Assembly: GCA_036478875.1 (NCBI GenBank)
Contig: JAZGEW010000068.1
Location: 4 to 64,003, forward strand
Direction of reading: 5' to 3'
Length of the DNA: 64,000 bases
Origin: Promethearchaeia archaeon
Lineage (GTDB): Archaea > Asgardarchaeota > Lokiarchaeia > Sigyniarchaeales > SOKP01
How positions within the stretch are numbered: position 1 is the first letter of the stretch; each line of letters begins with the position of its first letter. Of the stretch, positions 37,264-45,819 are shown one piece after another. A program made the position numbers and the translations under genes. The notes beneath the pieces were generated by a model. The model made no database searches. It saw nothing but the letters and a program-made list of their open reading frames with translations, and was not told where the DNA came from.

Positions 37264-38553
37264 TTAATCTATATCACATATTAATTCTTTACTTTTACAT
37301 AAAATATCATAATCTCTATCTAATGAGAGAATTACCCTTTTTATTATCAAACACGCTTCCCTTAATATTTCGGGATCTACTTTATCAGGCGTATCAACTT
37401 TATTATGAGTATATTTACCACCTGCTCTTGTAACAATATCAATAGAATCATATCCCCTTAAATGAAATGGAACAGAATCTGTATGAGCACCTGTAGATAA
37501 ATGAAATCCTTTTATATTTATATTCTCTTCTTTAGCTGCGCTATCTAAGTATTTACTTAGTAAAGGAGCAATTTTTTTCCGAGGTAATACACCATAAGAT
37601 TTTAGATACTCTACTTGATTTTTCGATTCACATATACAAGATATGATATCTAAATTAATTTGAAATACTCTACCTTTTATAAATTCCCCTTCATGATTGT
37701 TTACAAATACTCTCGAACCCATGGTTCCTAGTTCTTCAGCAGAGAATTGGCAAAACCAAATATTAAAGTTATCAAGTGCCTTTTCTTTAAAATAATCGCT
37801 TAGTTCAAAAACCACTGCCATTCCAGAAGCATTATCTAAAGCTCCCAGTGAATTATTATGAGTGTTTAAAAACATTAAAAAAATATTTGAGATTGAAATA
37901 ATTATTGTAAAGGTCCATATTCCACTCCCTACTACCAAAAGATTTATCTTTATTATTGTATATGTGCGAATAAACAAAAGTATAAAAAATATACCGAGAA
38001 AAATCCCACCATATAACCAAACTCTATAAAAAAATACTCTCCAATAAGTTTTAAAAGTTTGAGACTTAGAATCTAAATGTGCGGAAATTATTATATCTCC
38101 TGCGTGTTCTACTGATAATTTTTTTGCCGGTAATTTTACAAAAACATTAGTAGCGGAAATAGTCTTTCCATAATATTCTCCCCAAAACCCCGGATCTTCA
38201 GGATGTTTTAAACCTTTAATAATTAAGAGAATTACAAAAGCCATTATTCCCCCGATAAAAATCGTGAAATATAGGTTGATATATGTGAACATCAAGACAA
38301 ACAATGAGAAGGTTAAGTTAATTACCATCATTAATTTTATAAGTGTAGTAGAGTAAAAATCAGAAAACTCGAATAGTTCTTTCTGGATTTTTAGTTCCTC
38401 ATAACCAATATCATTAAATGTCTTTATTGTTAAGTTAACAGCTTTTTGTTCTCCAATTGTTCCAGCAAGGCGAGGAAAGCTAAATTTTTTAACATAATTA
38501 AATAGTCTATCATCATTAAATGATTGTTTTTGTTTGGAATTTTCAGTGTTCAA
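37264..38553 (-). CDS. M28-family metallopeptidase with membrane-spanning insert (paralog of 27216..28367)
   Basis: 429 aa with 'FSFPRLAGT', 'ISAHLDSK', 'LDNASG' and 'SAEELGTMGS'. About 70 hydrophobic residues separate HLDS from DNASG. Confidence 0.65.
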   Translation of the reverse strand: MNTENSKQKQSFNDDRLFNYVKKFSFPRLAGTIGEQKAVNLTIKTFNDIGYEELKIQKELFEFSDFYSTTLIKLMMVINLTFSLFVLMFTYINLYFTIFIGGIMAFVILLIIKGLKHPEDPGFWGEYYGKTISATNVFVKLPAKKLSVEHAGDIIISAHLDSKSQTFKTYWRVFFYRVWLYGGIFLGIFFILLFIRTYTIIKINLLVVGSGIWTFTIIISISNIFLMFLNTHNNSLGALDNASGMAVVFELSDYFKEKALDNFNIWFCQFSAEELGTMGSRVFVNNHEGEFIKGRVFQINLDIISCICESKNQVEYLKSYGVLPRKKIAPLLSKYLDSAAKEENINIKGFHLSTGAHTDSVPFHLRGYDSIDIVTRAGGKYTHNKVDTPDKVDPEILREACLIIKRVILSLDRDYDILCKSKELICDID

Positions 38554-38642
38554 TTTTATCTAATATAATTTGAATTTTGAATAAATTATCTCTATCTTTA
38601 TTATAGTATTAAAAATTTATGTTTTATTATTTGATTTTAAAT

Positions 38643-39248
38643 TTAGCTCAAATTCTTTAATTTATCAATGACCATTTTTTGAATATTTTCTTGTACAATC
38701 TCTATTATATCATCTGAGCTAATAATATGATAATTTTCTTCTTTAGCACGTATAAGATAAAGATTTCTTACTTTATCTAAGAAAGTACTAACTTCAAATT
38801 TTTCCAATTCTTCAGTTTCTTTTCTCGCTAACGCAATATTTGGGTCTATATCTAAAATTATTGTAATATCTGGTAACCCAACAAATTTATTTATTTCTTT
38901 AACCCAATCAACAGTAATATTATCAGATTGTACTGACTGGTATACGATTGATGATTCAATATATCTATCAGAAATAACAATATAACTCTCATCGAGTTTC
39001 TTCTTTATTTCATTTCTATAATGGAGATCTCTATCAGCAGCAAATAGTAGTGCATCTGTAGTAGGTGGAATATCCTTATTTTTCAAAAATTCTCTTATTA
39101 ATATTCCAATTTTATTACTTGATGGTTCTTGCGTTAAATAAACTTTGAATCCTTTACTCTCTAAAAAACCTTTAAGGAGGTGACTATGAGTTGTAGTTCC
39201 TGCCGCATCTCCGCCTTCCAGTGCAATAAATAAAGACTTGTCCATCAA
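38643..39248 (-). CDS. tmk: thymidylate kinase
   Basis: 201 aa with the P-loop 'IALEGGDAAGTTT', 'DRY' and a lid region typical of dTMP kinase. Confidence 0.85.
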   Translation of the reverse strand: MMDKSLFIALEGGDAAGTTTHSHLLKGFLESKGFKVYLTQEPSSNKIGILIREFLKNKDIPPTTDALLFAADRDLHYRNEIKKKLDESYIVISDRYIESSIVYQSVQSDNITVDWVKEINKFVGLPDITIILDIDPNIALARKETEELEKFEVSTFLDKVRNLYLIRAKEENYHIISSDDIIEIVQENIQKMVIDKLKNLS

Positions 39249-39439
39249 TTTAATTCTAGAAATTAATTTTTTGTTGAAGAAATTTCAAATTCGATTTAAT
39301 AAATAATTATCAATAAGGACTTATTTTTTTTATTTTTAATTAACTTAAATTATTAAAAATTTAACAAAATTAGACATATCAAAGTCATTTTTTTAAAACT
39401 CACTAGTAAAGTTAAAATGAATAAATTTTCTTATTTAAA

Positions 39440-39832
39440 ATGAGAAAAATGGGTAAAAAATGGAGATTTGCTTACTGCAGTAATTGTGAGAAAGAAATTG
39501 ACAAACCAAAAAGAAAATTATTTGATAGTATGTATTATAATGTCTGGATTCTAGTGATTATAGCTTCATTAGGGCTTGGAATTATAGCTTTTCTGGTTTA
39601 TCACTATGTAATTATAAAGAAGAATCTTTGTCCAAATTGCCAGAATCAATTAAAGTTCTATAGCTCTCGAGACGAAATTCCAGAACCAAAAGCTGAAATC
39701 ACCCGAATTCTGCAAACTATCGAACAAGAAAAACAATTAAGAACCAATAGTGGAAATTGCCCATTTTGTCAAGAAGAAATAAGTAACCAAGACCCCATTT
39801 GCCCAAAATGCGGGGCTTCTCTTAAAGAATAA
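39440..39832 (+). CDS. LITAF-like split zinc-knuckle membrane protein with C-terminal zinc ribbon (paralog 1 of 3)
   Basis: 130 aa. Architecture: CSNC, ~17 aa, ~23-aa hydrophobic helix, CPNC, linker, then 'CPFC...CPKCG'. Confidence 0.6.
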   Translation: MRKMGKKWRFAYCSNCEKEIDKPKRKLFDSMYYNVWILVIIASLGLGIIAFLVYHYVIIKKNLCPNCQNQLKFYSSRDEIPEPKAEITRILQTIEQEKQLRTNSGNCPFCQEEISNQDPICPKCGASLKE

Positions 39833-39885
39833 AAATATATATGATTATTACTATTCATTATTTTAAAATTGGAAGTGAAAAAAAA

Positions 39886-40263
39886 ATGACAACTTTAAAC
39901 CCAACTGGATGGTGTCCACGGTGCCAGCAGAATGTATTATTAAAACGTGAAGAAATTGATACTTGTCTTGCAATAATACTATTAATTTTTACTGCAGGAA
40001 TTGGTTTAATAATATATCTTGCTGTTTATTATTCTCGCCCAGAGCAGAATTGTATACACTGTGGTTATAAAATCACAGCTCTTCAAACTCAGAGTCCTTA
40101 TACATCTCAACCTCAAATTCAGCAATCTTCATATCCTACACCAGCTAATATATCTGAAGAGGTAACAGGTGTTAAGCCTAATTTTTGTGCACTATGTGGA
40201 GAAAAATTAGACATGGGAATAAAATTTTGCCCGAATTGTGGGAGCCAAATTACAGAAAATTAA
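39886..40263 (+). CDS. LITAF-like split zinc-knuckle membrane protein with C-terminal zinc ribbon (paralog 2 of 3)
   Basis: 'WCPRCQQNV...TCLAIILLIFTAGIGLIIYLAVYY...NCIHCG' followed by 'FCALCGEKL...FCPNCG'. I prefer the ATG at 39886 over the track start at 39841, because the earlier codons add only a non-conserved leader. Confidence 0.6.
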   Translation: MTTLNPTGWCPRCQQNVLLKREEIDTCLAIILLIFTAGIGLIIYLAVYYSRPEQNCIHCGYKITALQTQSPYTSQPQIQQSSYPTPANISEEVTGVKPNFCALCGEKLDMGIKFCPNCGSQITEN

Positions 40264-40398
40264 TTTCTTTTTATATTCTTTTTATATTTTAGAAACGTTT
40301 TTACTTCTTAAATTTAAAAATTGGACTCCAAATTTTTTTAATTCAATTAAGATCTCCTATAAATTAAATAATAAAAAGCAATTTGGAGTGATAGAAAA

Positions 40399-40767
40399 AT
40401 GTATTGTCCAAAATGTAATAAAAATGTATATACTAAAAAGAATGATTTTAATATTGGTCTAGCCATATTTTTAGCTATATTTACTGGTGGTATTGGCTTA
40501 TTAATTTATGTTGCTGTTTATTTAGATAGGGAACATAAACCTCGTTGTATCCATTGTGAATCAATCTGTTATAAACAAATGGAAATTAATCAACCAGTTT
40601 CAAATTATCAGGTGATTACTACCTCTAATCAAGGGCAAAGTCAAGAATTCATCTTAGAATCACATAAAAGTAAAGGAAATTCAAGGTTTTGTCATAATTG
40701 TGGATCTGAGCTAGATCTAAGTGAAAATGCTAAATTCTGTGCACTTTGTGGGAACTCAACACAATAA
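40399..40767 (+). CDS. LITAF-like split zinc-knuckle membrane protein with C-terminal zinc ribbon (paralog 3 of 3)
   Basis: 'YCPKCNKNVYTKKNDFNIGLAIFLAIFTGGIGLLIYVAVYL...RCIHC' followed by 'FCHNCGSEL...FCALCGN'. Confidence 0.6.
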   Translation: MYCPKCNKNVYTKKNDFNIGLAIFLAIFTGGIGLLIYVAVYLDREHKPRCIHCESICYKQMEINQPVSNYQVITTSNQGQSQEFILESHKSKGNSRFCHNCGSELDLSENAKFCALCGNSTQ

Positions 40768-40781
40768 ATACTTATTTTTTT

Positions 40782-41690
40782 TTATTCTTTTTTTTCTTTT
40801 AAAATCTTCATAAATTCATAAAAATATTCATAAGAATCTTTAAAATGATTATCTTCTTTAGAATATTCTAAAGCTTCAAAAAATAGTTTTTTAAAGCCCT
40901 CTAAATCTTTATTTTTAATTATACTTCTATAATCTTTAATTAAATCTTCGAAAATATCCAAAATTTCATGAAATTTATCATTTTCTATTTGAATTTCACC
41001 ACACATTTCCATCTCACTTTGAATAATACTCTCTGCAAAAACTTTTTGTAATAGAAATGTAGAACCAGTAAAACGTGTTAATTCATTTAAAGGTTCATTT
41101 ATCCTCTTGAGTAAATTTAAGAATAAGATGTTAAACATATGTGGAACGCCAAGCGTTAAAGCAATCTTTGAATCATGAATGTCAGGTGTAGTTTCTACAA
41201 TAATAAATCCATCCGATCTAAATATCTCTAGAAGTTCATTTATAATTTGATCGTATTGGTTTGTTCCACCTATTCTTATTACAATGATAATGTAGTTTTT
41301 CATATTCTTAATTCCTGGTCCAAACATCGGGTGGATTGATAAACAGTTAATAGGGTAAATCTTATGAACCTCATGTAGGATTCTTGAGGTTTCTAGTTTT
41401 AGAGAAGTTATATCAAAAATTAGCGAGTTTTCTTTCATCATAGGTGCGATTTTTTCTATCATACCTGATGTAGAATGGATTGGGATTGAAATTATTACAA
41501 TATCAGCATTTTCGACACTTTTTTTGAGATCTAACTCATATTCAACTTTAAAATTTTCAGCAATAACTTTTAATTTTTTTTCATTTCGTGCAAAAAATGT
41601 AAGTTTGAAACCATGCTGCTTGAAATATCTCCCAAAAACTTGACCCATGGCACCCGAGCCTCCAATAATAGTTATATTTTTACCTAACAT
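40782..41690 (-). CDS. tyrA: prephenate dehydrogenase
   Basis: 302 aa with the N-terminal NAD-binding 'ITIIGGSGAMGQ' and the 'HPMFGP' motif typical of prephenate/arogenate dehydrogenases. It overlaps aroE by 1 nt. Confidence 0.75.
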   Translation of the reverse strand: MLGKNITIIGGSGAMGQVFGRYFKQHGFKLTFFARNEKKLKVIAENFKVEYELDLKKSVENADIVIISIPIHSTSGMIEKIAPMMKENSLIFDITSLKLETSRILHEVHKIYPINCLSIHPMFGPGIKNMKNYIIIVIRIGGTNQYDQIINELLEIFRSDGFIIVETTPDIHDSKIALTLGVPHMFNILFLNLLKRINEPLNELTRFTGSTFLLQKVFAESIIQSEMEMCGEIQIENDKFHEILDIFEDLIKDYRSIIKNKDLEGFKKLFFEALEYSKEDNHFKDSYEYFYEFMKILKEKKE

Positions 41691-42592
41691 TATACCATCC
41701 CAAGAACTTCAATGATTTTATTTTTCATTAATTCAATATTTGGTTTTCTATTAGTCCACCATTCAAAAGCTAATGCACCTTGATTTACTAACATATCTAA
41801 TCCCCCAAGTGTGTTGCATCCTTTTTCAGTTGCCTCTTTTATCAATTTCGTCTTTATTGGATTATACACTATATCAAAAACTAACATGTCCTTATGTAAA
41901 AATTCAGCTGGAATTGGTGATTTTTCAACATTAGGGTACATTCCTAAAGGAGTAGTATTAACTAAAATATCAGCTTTCTTAGATTCTTCTTTTAAAACGC
42001 GAATACTATTATTTTTTCCTTCGATATTTATCCCAAATTTCATTTTTATTTCATTGGCAAGCTTTTCTGCTCTTTTTTCTGTTCTATTTGCTATTACTAT
42101 CTTATTTGAATCTTTAGCCATAATAAAAGCTAGCGCTCTTGCTGCTCCACCAGCTCCTAATAATAAGATATTTTTTCCAGAAACCTTATATCCTGCATTT
42201 AATAACGCCCTCTTAGCTCCTTCTGCATCTGTATTTCTACTACTTAAATATCCTCCATCATTTTTTATTGTGTTAACTGCACCGATTTCTTGTGCTAAAG
42301 GGTCGACTTCATCTAAATATTCCATAATTATTTGTTTAAATGGGATTGTTATATTTATTCCTTTAATATCAAATGTCTTAATTCCGTCTACAGCAAGCCT
42401 TAACTTTGTAGGCAAAATATTAAAAGCTAAATAAATATAACTAAGGTTTAATTCACGGATCGCAGCATTATGCATTATTGGACTCATAGAATGCTCAATT
42501 GGATACCCAATCACGCAAAGAACTTTTGTATGGGGAGAAATGTAATCTTTCTCTGACATATCAAATAATTTTCCACTTAATTTTCTATTCAA
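41690..42592 (-). CDS. aroE: shikimate dehydrogenase
   Basis: 300 aa with 'GVIGYPIEHSMSPIMHNAA', 'NITIPFK', 'NTD' and 'LLGAGGAARA'. Confidence 0.85.
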   Translation of the reverse strand: MNRKLSGKLFDMSEKDYISPHTKVLCVIGYPIEHSMSPIMHNAAIRELNLSYIYLAFNILPTKLRLAVDGIKTFDIKGINITIPFKQIIMEYLDEVDPLAQEIGAVNTIKNDGGYLSSRNTDAEGAKRALLNAGYKVSGKNILLLGAGGAARALAFIMAKDSNKIVIANRTEKRAEKLANEIKMKFGINIEGKNNSIRVLKEESKKADILVNTTPLGMYPNVEKSPIPAEFLHKDMLVFDIVYNPIKTKLIKEATEKGCNTLGGLDMLVNQGALAFEWWTNRKPNIELMKNKIIEVLGMV

Positions 42593-42737
42593 AAATATTG
42601 ATTATATATGAATTGATAATAATTTTACTAGTTTTATTTGAAAAAGTGAGATTATTTAATTTAAAACTATTTAATATGCTTAAGATTAATAGCAATTTTA
42701 AGATATATTATTAAAATATAAAAAATACGACTGAAAA

Positions 42738-43292
42738 ATGAAAAAAGCATCTTTAAATCCAAAAATCTCTACTTTTCCAATGCCTGTAGCAGTAATTTCG
42801 GTAGGCACAGGAGAAGAAGCAAATTTAATCACATTAGCCTATGTAGGAAAAGTTTGCGCTGATCCCCCCATTGTTGTTGTTTCTATTCGACCTACACGAC
42901 ATTCATATCAATTGATTGAAAAACATAGCGAGTTTGTAATTAATTATCCAACAATAGAGCAATTAAAAGAAGCAGATTATTGTGGTACGCGTTCTGGAAG
43001 GGATGTTAATAAATGGAAGGAGTTAAACTTAACAAGAGAAGAAGCTACAGTAGTAAAAGTTCCTATGATAAAAGAGTTTCCGTGGAATATGGAATGCAAA
43101 GTAATAAATAAAATAGAATTAGGAACACATGTCTGTTATTTTGGTAAGGTTGTTGTAACACACTCAGATCCTAAGTATCTTAAAGAAGATTCTTTAGATC
43201 CAGAAAAATTTAATTTTCCCGCATATATTGCAGGTAATTACATCGAACTTAATAAAGGAATTTTAGAACAACAGGGATTTTCGGTAGAATAA
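42738..43292 (+). CDS. flavin reductase-like FMN-binding split-barrel protein
   Basis: 184 aa. 'FPMPVAVISV...NLITLAYVG...PPIVVVSIRPTRHSYQLI' is typical of the flavin reductase domain. Confidence 0.7.
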   Translation: MKKASLNPKISTFPMPVAVISVGTGEEANLITLAYVGKVCADPPIVVVSIRPTRHSYQLIEKHSEFVINYPTIEQLKEADYCGTRSGRDVNKWKELNLTREEATVVKVPMIKEFPWNMECKVINKIELGTHVCYFGKVVVTHSDPKYLKEDSLDPEKFNFPAYIAGNYIELNKGILEQQGFSVE

Positions 43293-43359
43293 ATATTTAT
43301 TTTATTTTTTTGCTATTAATTACTTTTGGTAAGTAATAAGATATAGAAATCAATTTAAC

Positions 43360-43890
43360 ATGTCTAAAAATTCCATTGCTCTTATTGGTTTTATGGCGAC
43401 TGGAAAAACAACCGTAGGTAGAGCGTTAGCTAAATATATTGGTGATGATTATCAATTTATTGAAACTGATCAATTAATAATTCAAGAAACTGGTAAAGCA
43501 ATTCCGAGTATTTTCACTGAAGAAGGAGAAGATAAATTCAGAGAATATGAAAGTGATGTATGTGAAAAAGTCTCGAAATTAAATAAAGTGGTTATTTCTT
43601 GTGGAGGAGGAATAGTCTTAAATAAGAAAAATGTTGAAAGTATAAAGAAAAATTGTCACATTGTCTTACTAAGGGCATCTCCGAAGGAAATTTATGAACG
43701 AATAAAAAAAAATGGAAAAACATCAAGACCTGTCATTAATATAAAAGATTCTAAAAGAGATATTAAAGAAATTCTGAAATTTCGAAAACCTTATTACAAA
43801 GAAGCAGCGGAAATTATTATTGATACATACAAAAAAAATATTGAGAATATTGTGAGAGAGATTGCTATAAAAACTCTACTAAAAACCTAA
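43360..43890 (+). CDS. aroK: shikimate kinase, P-loop AroK/AroL type
   Basis: 176 aa with 'IALIGFMATGKTTVGRALA', 'DTD', 'FREYE' and 'ISCGGGIV'. Confidence 0.85.
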   Translation: MSKNSIALIGFMATGKTTVGRALAKYIGDDYQFIETDQLIIQETGKAIPSIFTEEGEDKFREYESDVCEKVSKLNKVVISCGGGIVLNKKNVESIKKNCHIVLLRASPKEIYERIKKNGKTSRPVINIKDSKRDIKEILKFRKPYYKEAAEIIIDTYKKNIENIVREIAIKTLLKT

Positions 43891-43949
43891 ATTTAAATTT
43901 ATCAATTTTACTAAATATTTAATTTATTATATATGATAATTTGGTTAAC

Positions 43950-44149
43950 ATGACGGAATTTAAAAGAGTTAAATGTCCCCAATGTGGCAATGAGAATCCA
44001 CGTAAGCTTTATGAAGAGCCGGACAGGAATAACGTGCTTTACTACAGTATAGGCAAAGCTATTTCAGCTAACCGCTGAAGCAGGGCACTCCCGTTTATGC
44101 GAAAACTATGAAGTGTGGAAATTGCGGAAATCTTTTTAAAAAGAGTTAA
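43950..44149 (+). pseudogene. disrupted small zinc-ribbon gene (two CxxC halves in different frames)
   Basis: Frame A reads MTEFKRVKCPQCGNENPRKLYEEPDRNNVLYYS... and stops at 44076-44078. A second frame continues ...QGTPVYAKTMKCGNCGNLFKKS to a stop at 44147-44149. Together they would form a four-Cys zinc ribbon. Confidence 0.3.
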
Positions 44150-44188
44150 TTTATTAAAAAAAAAGTTTTTTTATTTATTTTTTTATTT

Positions 44189-44809
44189 TCACATCAAGGA
44201 TAACACTATTTTATTTTGAGCTTTTAACATGTCTTCCATAATAAGCTCCATAGCATCTTTAATATCCGGGTTATTATCAGGAATACTACGTTTAGCGTTC
44301 ACACTTGCCATTAAAACTTCATTCAATCCACGTAAGATCATATCAGGACTGTACCAAGGGCGTTTCGAAGCCCACCATTGCTGACAGCTGTGAATTCCCC
44401 GATCTAACAGATTTCTTGCGTTATCAAATATCCTTTTCTTCTCATCATCCATTCCATCCCGATATTTATCAGAGAGATGGATTAACGTAAGGGCGTACAT
44501 GAAAAACCGGTGTTGTTCAAGGTGAATTTCATTGTTAGGGTCGAGCCAGAGAGGAAATGGCACATCTGAAGCAATATCGTAGGGCATTGTCGACCAACTG
44601 GAATCTCGTGGGACTTGATTAAAGCCTTTAGGAAATTTATCAACTATTTCCGAGACAGTACATAATTTCACGTCGTCTCTATGTGGCAACGCACCAAATA
44701 GGGGTATGAGGAAATCCTTTATAGCGTGTTTTTTGGAAGTTTTTCGAATCTTTTCCCACTTTCGTATAATATTACAAAGATACAAAGGGGTTTTCGTGAT
44801 ACGGTACAT
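44189..44809 (-). CDS. hypothetical protein, possibly a C-terminal fragment of a larger (GH57-like?) enzyme
   Basis: 206 aa with clearly higher GC than its surroundings. 'DSSWSTMPYD...FPLWLDPNNE...IHSCQQWWASKRPWYSPDMI' loosely recalls GH57 C-terminal regions. No credible N-terminal catalytic part lies upstream. Confidence 0.3.
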   Translation of the reverse strand: MYRITKTPLYLCNIIRKWEKIRKTSKKHAIKDFLIPLFGALPHRDDVKLCTVSEIVDKFPKGFNQVPRDSSWSTMPYDIASDVPFPLWLDPNNEIHLEQHRFFMYALTLIHLSDKYRDGMDDEKKRIFDNARNLLDRGIHSCQQWWASKRPWYSPDMILRGLNEVLMASVNAKRSIPDNNPDIKDAMELIMEDMLKAQNKIVLSLM

Positions 44810-44928
44810 ATATTTCGTGATACGCTATTTTGGGGGAATTTAGATTAATTGAGAATTTTAAAAGTGTGGTTTTTAAGATAGTTTTATAGGATTTTTTTTG
44901 AGGAATCGCTAGTTGGAGACGTAAGTTC

Positions 44929-45174
44929 ATGGGGAGGAAGAGGAAATTCGGGGAAGAGTCGGATTTTGTAAGCGTTCGTGTTCCAAAGAGCAAGAGAAAG
45001 GAGTACAGAAATGCAATTCGAGATTTTGTAGAAAAGAAGTTTGCGAGTGATTCTACTGCTGATAGTGAAGTTTCCAAAGTCAAGATTAATAAAAAGGATT
45101 TAAACGGATTTCGGAAATTTGAGAAGTTTTTAAAGGATGTTAAGAGGCAGGATGACAGGGAAGAACAGGAATAA
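44929..45174 (+). CDS. small basic protein, possible ribbon-helix-helix-like DNA binder
   Basis: 81 aa. 'FVSVRVPKSKRKEYRNAIRDFVEKK' has a beta-strand-then-helix pattern like CopG/RHH proteins. Its stop overlaps the next ATG (TAATG). Confidence 0.35.
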   Translation: MGRKRKFGEESDFVSVRVPKSKRKEYRNAIRDFVEKKFASDSTADSEVSKVKINKKDLNGFRKFEKFLKDVKRQDDREEQE

Positions 45175-45416
45175 TGGGTTGTAATAAGCTAAATTATTTA
45201 TATTCGAACCTCTTAGTATTTTTTATGGGAAAGTGTCCATATTGCAGTAAAGAACTTCATATAGAGGATTTCTATGAATCTATTACAAAAGAGACGAAAA
45301 AAGGAGAGGTTAAAACAAGATTAGGACCGTTTATAGGGGAGACAACACCTGGAGGATTTGCTTATATGTGGGTTTGTCCATCCTGTGATACCATTTTGGG
45401 ATTTACAGGACATTAA
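45174..45416 (+). CDS. small zinc-ribbon protein
   Basis: 80 aa, or 63 aa from the internal 'MGKCPYC' at 45225. It has CPYC ... CPSC knuckles and is coupled to the upstream ORF by an overlapping stop/start. Confidence 0.4.
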   Translation: MGCNKLNYLYSNLLVFFMGKCPYCSKELHIEDFYESITKETKKGEVKTRLGPFIGETTPGGFAYMWVCPSCDTILGFTGH

Positions 45417-45530
45417 TGGTATTAGCTATGTACTTAAAGTATCTTTACTCATAAGGGAATTAAGGAGAAATGCAAGGAAAAGAGGAAGAGAAGGAGTAGT
45501 GGATAGTAGGTTAGTTTATATTTATTTTGC

Positions 45531-45553
45531 GAAACCACCCCTTCGGTGGTTTC
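45531..45553 (+). other. perfect 9-bp stem / 5-nt loop hairpin (GAAACCACC-CCTTC-GGTGGTTTC)
   Basis: Read directly from the sequence. It is GC-rich relative to the genome and sits in a ~400-nt region without a convincing ORF. It could be a terminator or part of an ncRNA. Confidence 0.3.
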
Positions 45554-45819
45554 TGCTGCTTCCGACTGCTCATTTTCAAAGGGTACTCGGTTCTTTTGCT
45601 CATTTCATATCGCTTCAGAACCGTCGCTCCTTTAAAAATTCGATTGTGTGTAAGAAAAGCGCCTTATTTCTAGACCTGTATAGGAGATTGGGTAACTGGT
45701 TTTTTGCATAAATGTAAAATATTTATAAATCCATTAATTTTCTAATTTAAAGAGGTAGAAAGTACAATAAATTAATATTTAAAGAAAGGTAACTGTACCT
45801 GTACTTAAAAACCATTATT

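Noticed and set aside
40238-40462. 74-aa plus-strand ORF bridging two LITAF-like genes
   Set aside because: It overlaps the ends of both supported paralogs and spans their AT-rich spacer. Its translation is Phe/Leu/Asn/Lys-rich, as expected for non-coding AT-rich DNA.
41811-42434. 207-aa plus-strand ORF inside aroE
   Set aside because: It lies entirely antisense to the well-supported shikimate dehydrogenase gene. Its translation is low-complexity (Ser/Phe/Ile/Leu-rich), as is typical of antisense frames in AT-rich coding DNA.
44772-45083. 103-aa minus-strand ORF
   Set aside because: It is antisense to the 81-aa basic-protein ORF and overlaps the start of the 206-aa ORF. It has no protein-like features and does not extend the GH57-like fragment in a sensible way.
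45358-45711. 117-aa plus-strand ORF in the GC-richer spacer
   Set aside because: It overlaps the 3' end of the zinc-ribbon ORF. It runs through the strong hairpin and a purine-rich tract, and it has Arg/Leu-rich composition without motifs. A chance open frame in GC-richer DNA is more likely.
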